Source of the DNA: Giardia intestinalis
Lineage: Eukaryota
Assembly: GCA_000002435.2 (NCBI GenBank)
Contig: CM018793.1
DNA length: 64,000 nt
Reading direction: 5' to 3' (one strand)
Numbering within the stretch: the first letter of the stretch is position 1; each line of letters begins with the position of its first letter. The notes under the pieces were generated by a model. It was not told the DNA's origin, did not search any database, and worked only from the letters and a program-made list of their open reading frames with translations. Positions 19,512 through 29,475 of this stretch are shown here, piece by piece. The position numbers and the translations under genes were made by a program.

Positions 19512-22500
19512 ATGAAGGATGGCCAGTTAAAAATGAAACGATGCATCGTACGGCGAGAGCTTTTACCGGGGCCATTTCTGATTCCAGTTATAGCCTTTCC
19601 ATTTATTATCCTATTATCCTTATTGAAATTCTTTGGCTTGAACACCTCACAAAGGAAAATCCTACCGCTTAGCGCATACTTTTTACTTATGATTCTCATG
19701 AGCTTTGTGGAGCTTGGAGCCCTGTCCTTCGTCTTCGCTCTGCTCCATTACGCCTTTTGCCAAAAGCTTCCTTTGCCACCAATTTTCGTCAATCTTTTTT
19801 TGATTGTTATCTGCTTGGGGCTCTTTGTAGGAACTCTGTATGATCTTGAATCAGCGAGGGAATATCAAGGTATTCTCACGCTATCCATACTCCAAACCTA
19901 TGTCTTCCATGTTTCATATCCTTCCTGGCCACTTCCGGACAACTATATTGTTGGACGGAAAGCGCCGACTGGAGGAATTGAAGTTTTATTTGACAGTATC
20001 CGACTTCACTATCAACACTGGATTATTGTATTCGGTATCTTAGCTATTTTAACAGTAGCTGCTATTGTTGCATTGGTGATGAATTGGGACGCCTTCGTTT
20101 TTTCTCTCTTTTCACGGAGAACGCTTGTGGCCCAGCACAAGCGCATTCCCGCTCGAGCAGACCTTGCAGATAAGAGCTTACGGGTTCTAAACAGCATCAG
20201 TGGGTTCTCTGTGAAGGCGCCTCCAGCAATCCATCAACTTACCAAATCAGTCCTGTTCTACTCTGAGCAAGCGATTACAAGTCAGTCCATTGAAATGCAG
20301 AAAGTCCAGACACTGTCTTCAGTTTCTGGGCAGCACCAGAGCGAAGCCAGTGCCCTAGGGACGCGTATACTTGATGGAGTTGCAGTTTCAGAACGGCGAA
20401 AGTTCCCTGTCAAGCTCTACGATAACCTCTTCACTTCTCCAGAGTTCCTGGTTGCTGCCGTGTGCACTTTATTTTATATTATCATCTTGCTTGTGATGAT
20501 CGTCAGAAAGTCCGTACTCCCGACCTTCCTTGACAGGGGGGCTCCGATGTCGTACATATTTCTGAAGCAGATGGGGCCGTATCAAGCGTCGCTGTTCAGC
20601 ACTGAAGATACCTATACCGCTATGGTCCAACGCATCCGGTCACAGTACACGCTGTCTCCAGAGGAGTGCTGGCTTGACCAGCGGGAGCCCCCCGTTTATC
20701 CTCTTCTCTACGCGTCCCACGATGTCTGCTGTGCGTATAACCGTGCCGTTGAGGGCGTGGACTGCACTGCGCTAAGATCAGGTCCTGCTGACCTGAAGCA
20801 AAAGATAAGGTCCGACCCCGGGCTTCAGTCTGACCCCCCAAACGTCGTCATTCTTTTCTGGGAAAGCTTGAGTCTGAGTCCGTATTTCTACACAGACGCG
20901 TTCCTTCAGGGACAAGAGCAGCTCCTGCGCTCGGCAGATGGTATGCTGAAGGCAACTATCGTCCCTAACCTGCAGAGGTTCGTACAAGATGGCATTTCCT
21001 TTGTTAATTCGGCCTCCTTGGGACTCCCCACAGTTTCTGGATGGCACTCGCTGATGACTGGCCTGGTCCCCAACTTCTATGGGGTGAATATGATCACATC
21101 TGCCGTCACAGATGTTTATGGGCTACCACAATTCTTTTCAGATGCAGGATATAAGAACTTTTATATTAGCCCTAGCTCGTTTGCCTTCGACGGGAAAGAC
21201 GCCTGGGTGACTCGCCCAGGTTGGTTTACTGATGTTGTATACTATCATCCAACGGACGAGCAGGCCGAGGAGCTCGGAGTGGATCCAGAGAGTGTTCCTC
21301 AAACAAAGTCTTGGGTTGCAGATCGAATAACTAACCGACAGTTTATCACTACCTTCTCTGACGTTGCAGAGAAGGATCCGACCAAACCTATTCTGGGTGT
21401 TTACATGAACGTTGACACCCACACGCCCTTCACCGGGTTCGACAAGGAAGAGTTCTACTCCGACGAAGTACTGGATGGCATGATTGCATCCTGCCAAGCC
21501 GATCCGGAGACCCCCGAGTGCAGGTTCCTGTTGGATCCGTACATTGTGAAGTACGCTCGGGTCCTAAAGTACTCCGACAAGTACTTCCTCGGAAAGACCC
21601 TGGAGTTTCTAGAAGCTCATCATCCCAATACCATAGTCGTGATTGTCGGGGACCACGGCACGAGGGTCTCCATTGATAAGAAGCGTCTAAGAAAAGGCGT
21701 AAGTGATGCTTGGACATACAGCGAGGAGTGCCTTACAGCCGCATTTCTCGACGACAACGCCTTTGTTACGGGTGCATACCTACGCTACCTCGGCGGCCCA
21801 GGAAAAGGCACCTACAACGCACGAGTGTATGACTTCTTTGAAAAGTGGAGAGGGACTGCTTATATGGGCACCACAGACAACCGTGAAGCAGTGCACCTGG
21901 CCTATCTTCTCGCCGTGGACGAGAATCGACGCACAAAAGTGCCCAGCTACCGACTCACACGGAACCTGGCAGACGTCCTGCAGAACGCATCTCTGGGGCG
22001 TGTTCTCAGTCCGTGGCACAGTGTTTCTTCTATTGGTCTCGGGGTAGAGTACAGGACGGAGAGGACGCTCTATCGAACAAACAGTCAAGACCGATCTGGA
22101 GCGCTGCAATATGGGGATATTAAGGGCCTCACATGCATTGACATAATTGATAAGGGTTCAGGGCAAGCCCGCAAGGACCAGGTCAGAACAAGTCACACAC
22201 TCCGTGTGGTAGAAGATAGCGACATGTACAATCAGGCGATTGAACTTGTCCAATTCCATAACTTCCTCCTCACTAACGGCCGGGTATTCCACAAGTCGTT
22301 CTCCAACACAATGTGCGTCGATGAGTCGTATGCTGCAGGCACCGATGAGCCTAGGTGCTCGTTTCCAGCGCCTGATGGAAAGCGCACAGGCCAGTGGCTG
22401 TTCGGGGCGATTCTGGGCGTCATGGCTGTTATCGGTGCCGCAGTCGGTGGGGTACTCTCTTCAATAGCTTACTGTTGGCGTTACAAGCACCTACGCAAGT

Positions 22501-22541
22501 TGCTAAAGGAGAAAATTGCAGGCTCTACGCCAAACTTGTAG
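19512..22541 (+). CDS. Polytopic membrane protein with LtaS/OpgB/EptA-type sulfatase-family (alkaline phosphatase superfamily) domain
   Basis: The 1009-aa ORF has about 5 N-terminal TM helices. The catalytic-type domain then contains PNVVILFWESLSLSPY (compare LtaS NVIVVSLESF), LPTVSGWHSLMTGLVP (nucleophile region) and VVIVGDHGTRV (GDHG motif). A further TM helix lies near the C-terminus. Confidence 0.7.
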   Translation: MKDGQLKMKRCIVRRELLPGPFLIPVIAFPFIILLSLLKFFGLNTSQRKILPLSAYFLLMILMSFVELGALSFVFALLHYAFCQKLPLPPIFVNLFLIVICLGLFVGTLYDLESAREYQGILTLSILQTYVFHVSYPSWPLPDNYIVGRKAPTGGIEVLFDSIRLHYQHWIIVFGILAILTVAAIVALVMNWDAFVFSLFSRRTLVAQHKRIPARADLADKSLRVLNSISGFSVKAPPAIHQLTKSVLFYSEQAITSQSIEMQKVQTLSSVSGQHQSEASALGTRILDGVAVSERRKFPVKLYDNLFTSPEFLVAAVCTLFYIIILLVMIVRKSVLPTFLDRGAPMSYIFLKQMGPYQASLFSTEDTYTAMVQRIRSQYTLSPEECWLDQREPPVYPLLYASHDVCCAYNRAVEGVDCTALRSGPADLKQKIRSDPGLQSDPPNVVILFWESLSLSPYFYTDAFLQGQEQLLRSADGMLKATIVPNLQRFVQDGISFVNSASLGLPTVSGWHSLMTGLVPNFYGVNMITSAVTDVYGLPQFFSDAGYKNFYISPSSFAFDGKDAWVTRPGWFTDVVYYHPTDEQAEELGVDPESVPQTKSWVADRITNRQFITTFSDVAEKDPTKPILGVYMNVDTHTPFTGFDKEEFYSDEVLDGMIASCQADPETPECRFLLDPYIVKYARVLKYSDKYFLGKTLEFLEAHHPNTIVVIVGDHGTRVSIDKKRLRKGVSDAWTYSEECLTAAFLDDNAFVTGAYLRYLGGPGKGTYNARVYDFFEKWRGTAYMGTTDNREAVHLAYLLAVDENRRTKVPSYRLTRNLADVLQNASLGRVLSPWHSVSSIGLGVEYRTERTLYRTNSQDRSGALQYGDIKGLTCIDIIDKGSGQARKDQVRTSHTLRVVEDSDMYNQAIELVQFHNFLLTNGRVFHKSFSNTMCVDESYAAGTDEPRCSFPAPDGKRTGQWLFGAILGVMAVIGAAVGGVLSSIAYCWRYKHLRKLLKEKIAGSTPNL

Positions 22542-25500
22542 TGAGAAATGCGATCATATCAGCATTATTTAGTTCGATGGCTTGATCCAACGCCGTCTTT
22601 CCAGAAGCGTCTTTAATAGTTCCTTCTGCTGAAACTAGCAATCTAACAGCCTCAAATTGATTATTTGCAACAGCATTCATTAGCGCAGTTTGTCCACAGT
22701 CCGTACATAATTTTCCTTCTCTACGCAGCAATGTTTCTATTATAGAGCAGTGCCCAAATGATGCTGCATACATCATTGCAGTCCATCCATCTGGACGCGT
22801 GATACCAGCTTCTCTATAGTACAAAATCCGGGCCACCTCTGCATGGCCATGGAAAGATGCTATCATAAGAGCTGTCTCGCCATCGGTGGTTACGGCTCCT
22901 GTCTGCGTAGGAGCCAAGAAGCGGGCTGCTTCTAAATGGCCCATTTCCGCTGCAACCATCAGAGGCGTCCGCCCACTGGCATCCCTTATGCGTCCTTCAG
23001 AATAAAACAGTTGCCGGATCACATTCATGTTTCCCGTACTAGTGGCCATTAGCAACGCTGAGGTACCATCTAGAAGTAGCATACCACACTCCCGCTTTAG
23101 CAATATAGAGACAGACTTAGCGTCCTCTGCTAATGCAGCAAGCATTAGTGCCGTGAGACCCTCCGGTGTTGCGAGCCCTCCTTCAAGACTACATAAAAGC
23201 TCAACTATCTGGGGGCTGCCATTGCAAGCCGCTCGCATTAGCGCAGACAAGCCTGTGCTCGTCAAACGGTTTGCCTCTACACCTGCTAAAATGCTCACAC
23301 ACGCATGGTTTTCCCTTTCGACTGCGAACATGAGGGCTGTGTTTCCATCAGTATCTTGCAGCCCTCCCTCTGTAGCAACAAGAAGCCTTACTGCCGGGAC
23401 ATTGTTGTGGTATGCTGCGCGCATTAGTGCTGTGCGCCCATACTGATCCTGGACTCCTGCATATGCTAATAGCCCTTTCAGTGACTGATTCTTTGTGACA
23501 GCTAACATAAGAGGTGTGTCTCCTGGATTGCATTTGATCACTAGCTTGGGTATTTGAATATACTCTTTGTACTTGTTTAGGAGATGCTTAGATTGAGCAT
23601 TGTTATGACTACGCCAAGTAGATTTGCTCTTTTCCAATTCCAGTTGTCGCTCTGCCTCTTCCAGTGCTGCAGTACATTTATCTTTCTCTTGCATTATCAC
23701 CTGATTGGCTGTCATAAAGCTGTGCAGCTCTGACGATGTGTGACCTAGTTCCGTAGTGAGAGCATCTACTGTCTCTGTCAGCTTTGAGATTTCTAGTGCT
23801 TTTCCCTCGCACTCCTGGGCTTTGTCCCTTAATTGTAAGGTCATCAGATATATCTTTTCATTGAGTTCTGGTATAAGAGCGCCCCATTCTCTCAGCCGTG
23901 CTTTCTGGTCTGCCATAAGAGACTCATATGATTTTAGCTTAGCAGCCAAGCAGGCATTTTCGTCCAATGTAGCCTCGTACTGTGCAGTTAAAGTAGTATA
24001 CTTTTCACTGATTCTAGTCTTTTCTGACTCCACTGCTACCAGCTGTTGGCGTGTCTGGTTCAAGTCTAAGGTTAATGTATCATTGCAGTGTCTAGCCTCA
24101 CATACCTTGCGCTCACCAGAAGCAACGCTCTCTTTGAGAGACGCCACCTTATCAGAGAGAGCTTCTATCTGAGTTTCCTGTTCTGACACACGAGCTACCT
24201 GGGCAGAAAGCTCCTCTATTTCCAGACACATTTTTACTTTCTCTTCTTTCAGAGAAGACACCTGGCACCTCAATGCTTCCGATTCATCTCTGAGCTCTCC
24301 AAGCTCTGCATCCTTAGAGCTCAGAAGACATTCAAAATTAGTTATTGCTGCCTGCTGCGCATCTTTGTCTACCAATAAGGAGCTAATTTTTCGTTCCAAA
24401 GTGCTGATGTCCCGTGCTTTGTCATCCAGGTTCTTATTTAGTACCTTAATTTCTTCTTCGTGGGCAACAAGAATACCGTTGAGACTTTCCAGGGTACTGG
24501 CTAGAGAATCTATCTGCTCCGTTTGCTCCTTGATTTTTAATTGCCGTTCATTACTTGCCCTAACCTCCTCTTCATATGACTTAACAAGCTTCCTATTTTC
24601 TTCCTCAACGCGCTGAAGTGCTTCCGTGGTTGACTGGAGTTGCAACTCCATAGTAGAATTGATGCCTTTTGCATCAATAGCCTCCTTCTTTAAAGTCTCC
24701 ACCTGATTGTGGAGCTCAGATATGTCCGTAGCTGCCTTCTTTAAAGAGAGGTCTTTGCTTTTGATGTCAGTAATCAAGATATCTATATCCCTACTCTGTG
24801 CATCCAAAATAGTCTTGTGAACCCCTATGGCTCCAAATTTGGGCAGGCCTAAAAGATCCGCAGCTGATGGACGGGCATTAGGATCAACGCTGAGCATAAG
24901 GCTTACAGTATCGCGAAGTTCTTGGGAATATTCGTTCATGATAGGTTCATAACTGTTATGCATGATCACATCTACGAGGCTCTCTCCTTCTAGCTCAATA
25001 AACGGACGTCGTAGAGTACACAATTCGTAAACGACACAGCCGAGAGACCACACGTCTGCCTTCTCAGTGTATGGTAGCTGCTGCAGAATCTCTGGTGCGG
25101 TATAGAACGGGGATTCTGCGTCACGAATGAGAGAATTACTACCTAAGACTTGGTGTAGGCTGAAGTATCCTAACTTGATTAGATCTCCCTCCCCGACAAA
25201 TATATTGCTCGGGATAATGTTTCGATGGACTATGGAGCCCACATGAATTGCGTTTGGCTTTCTTACACTGTGGCAGTACTCCATGGCGATGAGAAGTTGA
25301 GCGAAGATTCTCCATATTCGATCTTCCTCGATCTGTGTGTGCTCCTTTCGGTAGAACCTAATGACATCGGCGAGATCTCCTAGTGTGAAGTGCTCCATAA
25401 GCAGATAGCTCATTTTAGCTTCATGGTCGTATACTGATTCTAAATAGCGCACTACGTGCTTGTGCACCAAGTGGGGAAGGATTTCTATTTCCCGTTTTAG

Positions 25501-25659
25501 TCTTATGCGCTCTTCTGTGGATATAATGCTATAGTCTATTTCCATGCAAGCGTAAACTTCCTCTGTTTCTTGAATACGCACTCGGTTTATCTTGCCAAAA
25601 AGCCCTCTCCCACACATCTCTAGGCTCTCAGCCGTGCCGCATTTGAATGCAACCTTCAT
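22525..25659 (-). CDS. Nek-like pseudokinase with long coiled-coil and C-terminal ankyrin repeats (21.1 family)
   Basis: The 1044-aa ORF has an N-terminal kinase fold lacking key residues (beta3 Lys is YACMEI, HRNIIPSN, DFG is LGYFS) while keeping YTAPE. About 350 aa of heptad-rich coiled coil follow, then about 10 ankyrin repeats (TALMRAA..., TPLMVAAEMGH...). Confidence 0.85.
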   Translation of the reverse strand: MKVAFKCGTAESLEMCGRGLFGKINRVRIQETEEVYACMEIDYSIISTEERIRLKREIEILPHLVHKHVVRYLESVYDHEAKMSYLLMEHFTLGDLADVIRFYRKEHTQIEEDRIWRIFAQLLIAMEYCHSVRKPNAIHVGSIVHRNIIPSNIFVGEGDLIKLGYFSLHQVLGSNSLIRDAESPFYTAPEILQQLPYTEKADVWSLGCVVYELCTLRRPFIELEGESLVDVIMHNSYEPIMNEYSQELRDTVSLMLSVDPNARPSAADLLGLPKFGAIGVHKTILDAQSRDIDILITDIKSKDLSLKKAATDISELHNQVETLKKEAIDAKGINSTMELQLQSTTEALQRVEEENRKLVKSYEEEVRASNERQLKIKEQTEQIDSLASTLESLNGILVAHEEEIKVLNKNLDDKARDISTLERKISSLLVDKDAQQAAITNFECLLSSKDAELGELRDESEALRCQVSSLKEEKVKMCLEIEELSAQVARVSEQETQIEALSDKVASLKESVASGERKVCEARHCNDTLTLDLNQTRQQLVAVESEKTRISEKYTTLTAQYEATLDENACLAAKLKSYESLMADQKARLREWGALIPELNEKIYLMTLQLRDKAQECEGKALEISKLTETVDALTTELGHTSSELHSFMTANQVIMQEKDKCTAALEEAERQLELEKSKSTWRSHNNAQSKHLLNKYKEYIQIPKLVIKCNPGDTPLMLAVTKNQSLKGLLAYAGVQDQYGRTALMRAAYHNNVPAVRLLVATEGGLQDTDGNTALMFAVERENHACVSILAGVEANRLTSTGLSALMRAACNGSPQIVELLCSLEGGLATPEGLTALMLAALAEDAKSVSILLKRECGMLLLDGTSALLMATSTGNMNVIRQLFYSEGRIRDASGRTPLMVAAEMGHLEAARFLAPTQTGAVTTDGETALMIASFHGHAEVARILYYREAGITRPDGWTAMMYAASFGHCSIIETLLRREGKLCTDCGQTALMNAVANNQFEAVRLLVSAEGTIKDASGKTALDQAIELNNADMIAFLTTSLA

Positions 25660-25753
25660 CAGACCTCCAATGTTTAATGGAAATTGTCATAAAACTAAAC
25701 CGGTGCGAACAAAAACTCCGCACAGAGTAGGCTCAGCACCATACTCATAAAGA
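25660..25753. promoter_or_regulatory. Bidirectional AT-rich promoter region (Nek gene / GNAT gene)
   Basis: A 94-bp divergent intergenic region. Confidence 0.35.
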
Positions 25754-26317
25754 TTGAGACTAGAGATGTCTGTGATCGAGGAGCACGAAGGAATAGTTTA
25801 TCGTTACTATCGTGACGAAGCAGACTTACGGACCGTCCAGAACCTATTCGCACGAGAGTTGTCCGAGCCGTATCAGATTTGGACGTATAGGTACTTTGTC
25901 GAGCCGTGGCCGACGCTCACCATCTTTGCAGAGTCCAATGAAGAAATTGTGGGGTGCTGCATGGCAAATATCGAGACCAGGTCTAAATCTGCTAAACTAG
26001 ATGGGGTAGCTAAGAATCCTGGTGTTTCTCATACAGACGCTGCTTCTACATATAAGCGGGGGTATATAGGTATGATCTCTGTAATAGATGCATACAAGAG
26101 GCGAAGGATAGGTCAGAGGCTCTATATGCTAGTGTTAAAAGAAATGAGGAATTTCGGGGTTACAGTCATTTCACTTGAGACAGAAAGTGATAATATAGGT
26201 GCGCTGCTTTTCTACGAGTCCCTTGGCTTCCGGAAGATGCGCCTCTTCTCGAACTATTACATGAACGGAAAGAACGCCTATAGGATGATGAAGTGGCTGG
26301 CCCCGAATATAGATTGA
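25754..26317 (+). CDS. GNAT-family N-terminal acetyltransferase (Nat catalytic subunit-like)
   Basis: The 187-aa ORF carries acetyl-CoA binding motif A (RRRIGQRLYMLVLKEMRNFG) and the typical Nat C-terminal motif (YESLGFRKMRLFSNYYMNGKNAYRM). Confidence 0.8.
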   Translation: MRLEMSVIEEHEGIVYRYYRDEADLRTVQNLFARELSEPYQIWTYRYFVEPWPTLTIFAESNEEIVGCCMANIETRSKSAKLDGVAKNPGVSHTDAASTYKRGYIGMISVIDAYKRRRIGQRLYMLVLKEMRNFGVTVISLETESDNIGALLFYESLGFRKMRLFSNYYMNGKNAYRMMKWLAPNID

Positions 26318-27042
26318 ACCACAGAATGGTCAACTACCCAGCTGTTAAGCTTTACGAGGCCTCGCCACGTTTGGGAACTCCTCGTTGTATGATGGATCCC
26401 CAACTGTTAAACCAATCTAATTTAGATATAATCATAACATTAAAGGCAATCTCTATAAAATTTAAATTAAAACCGTAAGGTACATCAGAACTTGAAAGGT
26501 TTATTACAGGCCAATCTTCCAGTAATAGTCTGTAAACTTCTGTGCACTTGTGTATCTTGTGTTGATATGAGTACTAAACCCTCGAATATTGGGACCATGA
26601 GGCAAGCATTCACCCAAAGGTTTCCAGGGAGCTCTATCTTATTATCCTAATTTCCATACGATCCCACCTCTCAAAAGAGTGGGAGTAGACAGAGTCGTCA
26701 TAATTCATTCACTCTTTTTTCTAGATACTCAGGAGAGATCTTGATACCTAGAGAGATCAAGAACCACCATCTTTTGAGTACATGCACAAGGAGGAGATCT
26801 TAATAGGGTCTGTTCCCAGAGATTCCTGCCATTGGAAAGGCAGCTTCACCGCCTGGGCATTGCCCTGTACATAGCTATAGCTACTGCTTGGTGAGCATGA
26901 GTAAACAAGTAAGTAGGTAGTAGCTTACAAGTCTGTCGTAGAAAGGCAAAGATCCTACTGGCTGAAATTTGCATCCATAGATACAGCCTCACTGGGGTCG
27001 TGTTCTGGCGGCAGTAGACACTCGAGCTTCGGTGCCCGTTAT

Positions 27043-27127
27043 CTACCGCAGCAAGATCGATCGCGTCATGACAGAGGTCTCCACCAGGGACGCACCTACT
27101 GCCGCAGGAGCTCCATGATGTGCCCGT
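27043..27127. repeat. Copy B of the approximately 85-bp dispersed duplicate, in an otherwise non-coding 780-bp region
   Basis: atctaccgcagcaagatcgatcgcgtcatgacagaggtctccaccagggacgcacctactgccgcaggagctccatgatgtg keeps the same reading frame and stop as copy A (...RVMTEVS.RDAPTAAGAP*). Confidence 0.6.
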
Positions 27128-28421
27128 ACACCCGATTACACACAACGACAAGCTTGCAAACAAAGCTGTTCCATTGCTCGGGTCCCGCTGCGGGGTGCAC
27201 GGGAGCGGCCCCATCGATGCTCGCCGTTCGATGATCGCCTTCGGGTGTTAGTATTATGTTCAGCTTCCGAAGCGCTTGTACATCGAGTACTGCTGAAGAG
27301 ACATAGAGGGGATTCAGAAGTAAAGGTTTCCGCTGGCCTGCGGTCTCAGTCTTATCCACCGTCAGCCCCAGCCCGTAGTGCTCACTAAGCATCTGACGGT
27401 TGCTGTGCATATTCAGTAGGTATCGACTGATCGTGATGGCACATGGGCACTCAAGCCCCAGGAAGATGTAGAGGTCGACAACGAAACCCAGTAGAGCCCC
27501 CAGCCCGAGGGAGAATGTATCCTTGTCTGCGCCCGTGAAGAGCTTCGCGTTCGCCGTCGGCTTCTCCCACACAAGTTCACAAACAGTCCTCCCTGCCCGC
27601 CGAAGTCCCCGGAGCTGGGGGTCTAGAGTCTGTTGAGAGACTGCCTGCAGGACAGACGTGGGAGCTCCGTCATGGTAGACTATAACTAATGGAGCAGGAA
27701 GAGCGGCAACTAGAATAGAGTAGAGCCTCGTAATGCGAACCCCTTCGGGTTCTGAGATTGCACCTTGGCGCGAAAACACAGAGCGATAGACGTCTCCAAA
27801 AGTTGCTTGATACAGCATCTGGATGCAGAGAGTCAGCTCTGCTAGCGCTGCATTAATGCCGTCCCTATTACGCAGGACTGGGAGGGCAGTACTAGGCGCA
27901 TCTGTAGCTTGAAGCGTGTCCCCAAGCTTCTCAGCATGAGCAGGATCTACTTGCAAAAGCGAGAACCCATTTACCGCAGATGCTGCTTCATTGAAGACAA
28001 ACAGTGGACGCATGCTCCCTTGCCGAGAGACACGCAGTTGGTGGCAATCATTGAGGCATGTAAAGGTGGGGATTTGTTTGTTGGGGTTCTGAAGTTTCAG
28101 CTGTTCCTCAAGCTCCTTGATCTTTTGCTCCTCTTCTTCTATCTCACTTTGTATATTGATAGAAGGAGCAGCGGCCTTCAAGCTTCCAGACAAGGCCCGC
28201 ATTCGCTTTCTACGCGCCATCTGCTTTTCAATGATGGCTGCGTCACGAGCATTCCGGTCCTTCTGCAGAAGAAGAGCCTGTCTAATTCGTTCATAACATG
28301 CCGAGCAAAGGAGGGAGACTGCTGTCAAATCAGGCATAGCTGGTAATGGTAATGCAGATGCAAGCGAGGAAGCGCAGTAATCTATTGGTTTAAAGTGAGA
28401 GTTACAGACGGAGCATAACAT
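27096..28421 (-). CDS. Hypothetical coiled-coil protein
   Basis: The track ORF is 27096..28496. Its first Met overlaps the divergent mevalonate kinase start by 49 bp. Met26 (MLCSVCNSHF, codon at 28419-28421) leaves a 26-bp AT-rich gap and is the more plausible start. The product has a KE-rich coiled-coil segment and no recognised domain. Confidence 0.5.
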   Translation of the reverse strand: MLCSVCNSHFKPIDYCASSLASALPLPAMPDLTAVSLLCSACYERIRQALLLQKDRNARDAAIIEKQMARRKRMRALSGSLKAAAPSINIQSEIEEEEQKIKELEEQLKLQNPNKQIPTFTCLNDCHQLRVSRQGSMRPLFVFNEAASAVNGFSLLQVDPAHAEKLGDTLQATDAPSTALPVLRNRDGINAALAELTLCIQMLYQATFGDVYRSVFSRQGAISEPEGVRITRLYSILVAALPAPLVIVYHDGAPTSVLQAVSQQTLDPQLRGLRRAGRTVCELVWEKPTANAKLFTGADKDTFSLGLGALLGFVVDLYIFLGLECPCAITISRYLLNMHSNRQMLSEHYGLGLTVDKTETAGQRKPLLLNPLYVSSAVLDVQALRKLNIILTPEGDHRTASIDGAAPVHPAAGPEQWNSFVCKLVVVCNRVYGHIMELLRQ

Positions 28422-28447
28422 GGCGACTTTTTTAAAGGGAAAAGGAA

Positions 28448-29473
28448 ATGCCTTCTTTGGGCCCGTGCCCCTTGGAGCTGTATGTACGGACCCCACTGAA
28501 AGCGATTCTCAGTGGTGAGCATTCGGTTGTCTACGGTCATCCCTGTATCGCTATGGCACTGGATTTGTACACAAGTGGGCATGCACGCGTAGCAAAAGAT
28601 CCCACTTGCCCGTCAAGCCTCCCTTTCCCTACACTTTTAGATATTAGAACAGGTGAGCGACTAGATCTTAGTAGTTCGATGACAGAAGCCATTCGCCTAA
28701 TTAACGAGGAGGTTCTTACTAGACTACCTACAATCAAACGGTCAGATGCTGCGTGTCATCACTGTGAATTTGTAGAAATCGCAGTCCATGGGTGGACTCT
28801 CGGTAAAGGACTAGGCTCTTCTGCAAGTATCCTTGTGACGCACACCGCCCTTCTCTTAGCCGCAAGTTCTAATTATTCTCCCTCCATGTTATTTGATATC
28901 GCCTTGCTGGGTGAGAGACATATACACGGAAGGACCACTGGCATGGATCTGAAGACCGTCATTTATGGGGGCATCCAGATCTACAGCCACGGTGCATTAT
29001 GCAACGCTAAGATATCTCCAGACATTTTCGCCGCTCGTATGATTCAAGTTCTTATTGCAGATTCTGGTATCGCAAAGTCCACAGCACAGGCCGTAGAGTT
29101 AGTAAGCCAAGGAGAAAACAACGACACGTTGGCACACATAGGAGAGACTTCGAAAGACCTCATTGAGCTGCTCTTGACTGCCAGTACCCCGGGTAAAATA
29201 AGCAATGACTCATTCTACTTAACGCTCTCCGCTCTTGTTCAGCGAAACCACGATCTTTTATGCTCATTGGGTGTTAGTGTGCCAGAAACAGAGCGCTCAA
29301 AGGAACTGCTCTACCACATGGGGTGCTTCACTGCAAAGCTCACGGGTGCTGGGTTAGGTGGCTGCTGCATCGGTTTCCGAACGCAGCATAACCTAGTAGT
29401 GGACAGCCCTGACAGACACGTAATAGCAGTCGGTATAGGAGAGGGTTTATTGATGACTGACACACCCCAGTAG
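28448..29473 (+). CDS. Mevalonate kinase (GHMP kinase family)
   Basis: The 341-aa ORF has GHMP motif 1 (LKAILSGEHSVVYGHPCIAMALD), motif 2 (LGKGLGSSASILVT) and motif 3 (KLTGAGLGGCCIGF). The size fits MVK. Confidence 0.8.
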   Translation: MPSLGPCPLELYVRTPLKAILSGEHSVVYGHPCIAMALDLYTSGHARVAKDPTCPSSLPFPTLLDIRTGERLDLSSSMTEAIRLINEEVLTRLPTIKRSDAACHHCEFVEIAVHGWTLGKGLGSSASILVTHTALLLAASSNYSPSMLFDIALLGERHIHGRTTGMDLKTVIYGGIQIYSHGALCNAKISPDIFAARMIQVLIADSGIAKSTAQAVELVSQGENNDTLAHIGETSKDLIELLLTASTPGKISNDSFYLTLSALVQRNHDLLCSLGVSVPETERSKELLYHMGCFTAKLTGAGLGGCCIGFRTQHNLVVDSPDRHVIAVGIGEGLLMTDTPQ

Positions 29474-29475
29474 AT

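Noticed and set aside
26740-26770. 7-bp stem hairpin (tcttgat...atcaaga) in the 780-bp intergenic region
   Set aside because: It is too short to be meaningful without conservation or expression data.
26846-27214. 122-aa minus-strand ORF resembling the 12671..13186 minus-strand ORF
   Set aside because: The similarity is the reverse-complement reading of the 85-bp duplicated segment. Neither minus-strand ORF has coding features. The plus-strand Yippee-like frame explains copy A.
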